Shown here: positions 63,571-64,000 of the stretch, one piece after another
How the letters are laid out: every line of letters starts with the position of its first letter
How positions within the stretch are numbered: position 1 is the first letter of the stretch
Source: Oculina patagonica
Taxonomy: Eukaryota
Length of the DNA stretch: 64,000 nt
Reading direction: 5' to 3'
NCBI RefSeq assembly: GCF_052425735.1
Contig: NC_135768.1
Location: 22,940,001-23,004,000 of the forward strand
Notes under the pieces: model-generated
What the model saw: only the letters and a program-made list of their open reading frames with translations
Databases searched by the model: none
Told to the model about the DNA's origin: nothing
Made by a program: the position numbers and the translations under genes

Positions 63571-64000
63571 TGTACTTACAATATATTTACAACCCGTTCT
63601 CAAAAAACCCAGATCATTCATTTCGTTTAGATAATTGGATGCAACGACTAGACAGACAATATGTAATCCCGGCTTAAACTACAGGCAGTCCTCTGGAGGT
63701 TACAGCCGGTGAGTGGCTGCAATGGTCACTGCCACCTACTGAAAAATAATTATCAGCCTTAACCACCACTCTGCTACCCAGATCTGAGTTGACTCGTAGA
63801 CCTGACTCGCGCACCCACGTGCAATCACAAAGGGTGGAATTCCAGAAGGTGGCATAGCAGCTTGCCCCCATTAACTGCAACCTCCTCGGGAGCGTGCAGG
63901 TAGACAAGCACCAAGTGGAACGCGCGAAACCCTCCACCCAGCTTGGGATTACGTTCTTAGCTTAGCTTGTTTTGGCATTGATCCAGGATTTTACAAAAAC

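Noticed and set aside
63674-64000. GC-richer segment, possible LINE 5' region or HDV-like ribozyme
   Set aside because: Could not build the nested double pseudoknot or identify a protein motif; truncated by the window edge.

Overview
AT-rich, intron-containing, repeat-dense animal DNA. The SINE and MITE families and gene style point to a cnidarian, probably a stony coral (inference). Three assembly gaps lie at about 26210-26360, 32432-32581 and 61772-61947. The left half holds a minus-strand group of genes built from TNF/death-receptor pathway modules: (1) exon 1 of a LITAF gene; (2) a hand-spliced, frame-intact 12-exon gene of about 730 aa (4319-15145) joining a FADD-like DED plus death domain, via a Pro-rich linker, to a MAP3K/STE11-like kinase with a non-RD HKD catalytic loop; (3) an orphan multi-transmembrane ORF; (4) disrupted exons for C2H2 fingers, 50-aa acidic repeats, a CYLD-type CAP-Gly domain, coiled-coil repeats and a TKL kinase. 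An 89-bp insertion with a 12-bp target-site duplication carries a minimal hammerhead ribozyme (28272-28314). The right half is mostly mobile DNA. It includes an intact Gypsy LTR retrotransposon with identical LTRs (50149-56797), whose Pol frame begins with a MYND zinc finger behind a G_GGA_AAC slippery site and candidate pseudoknot. All calls are by eye, without database searches.
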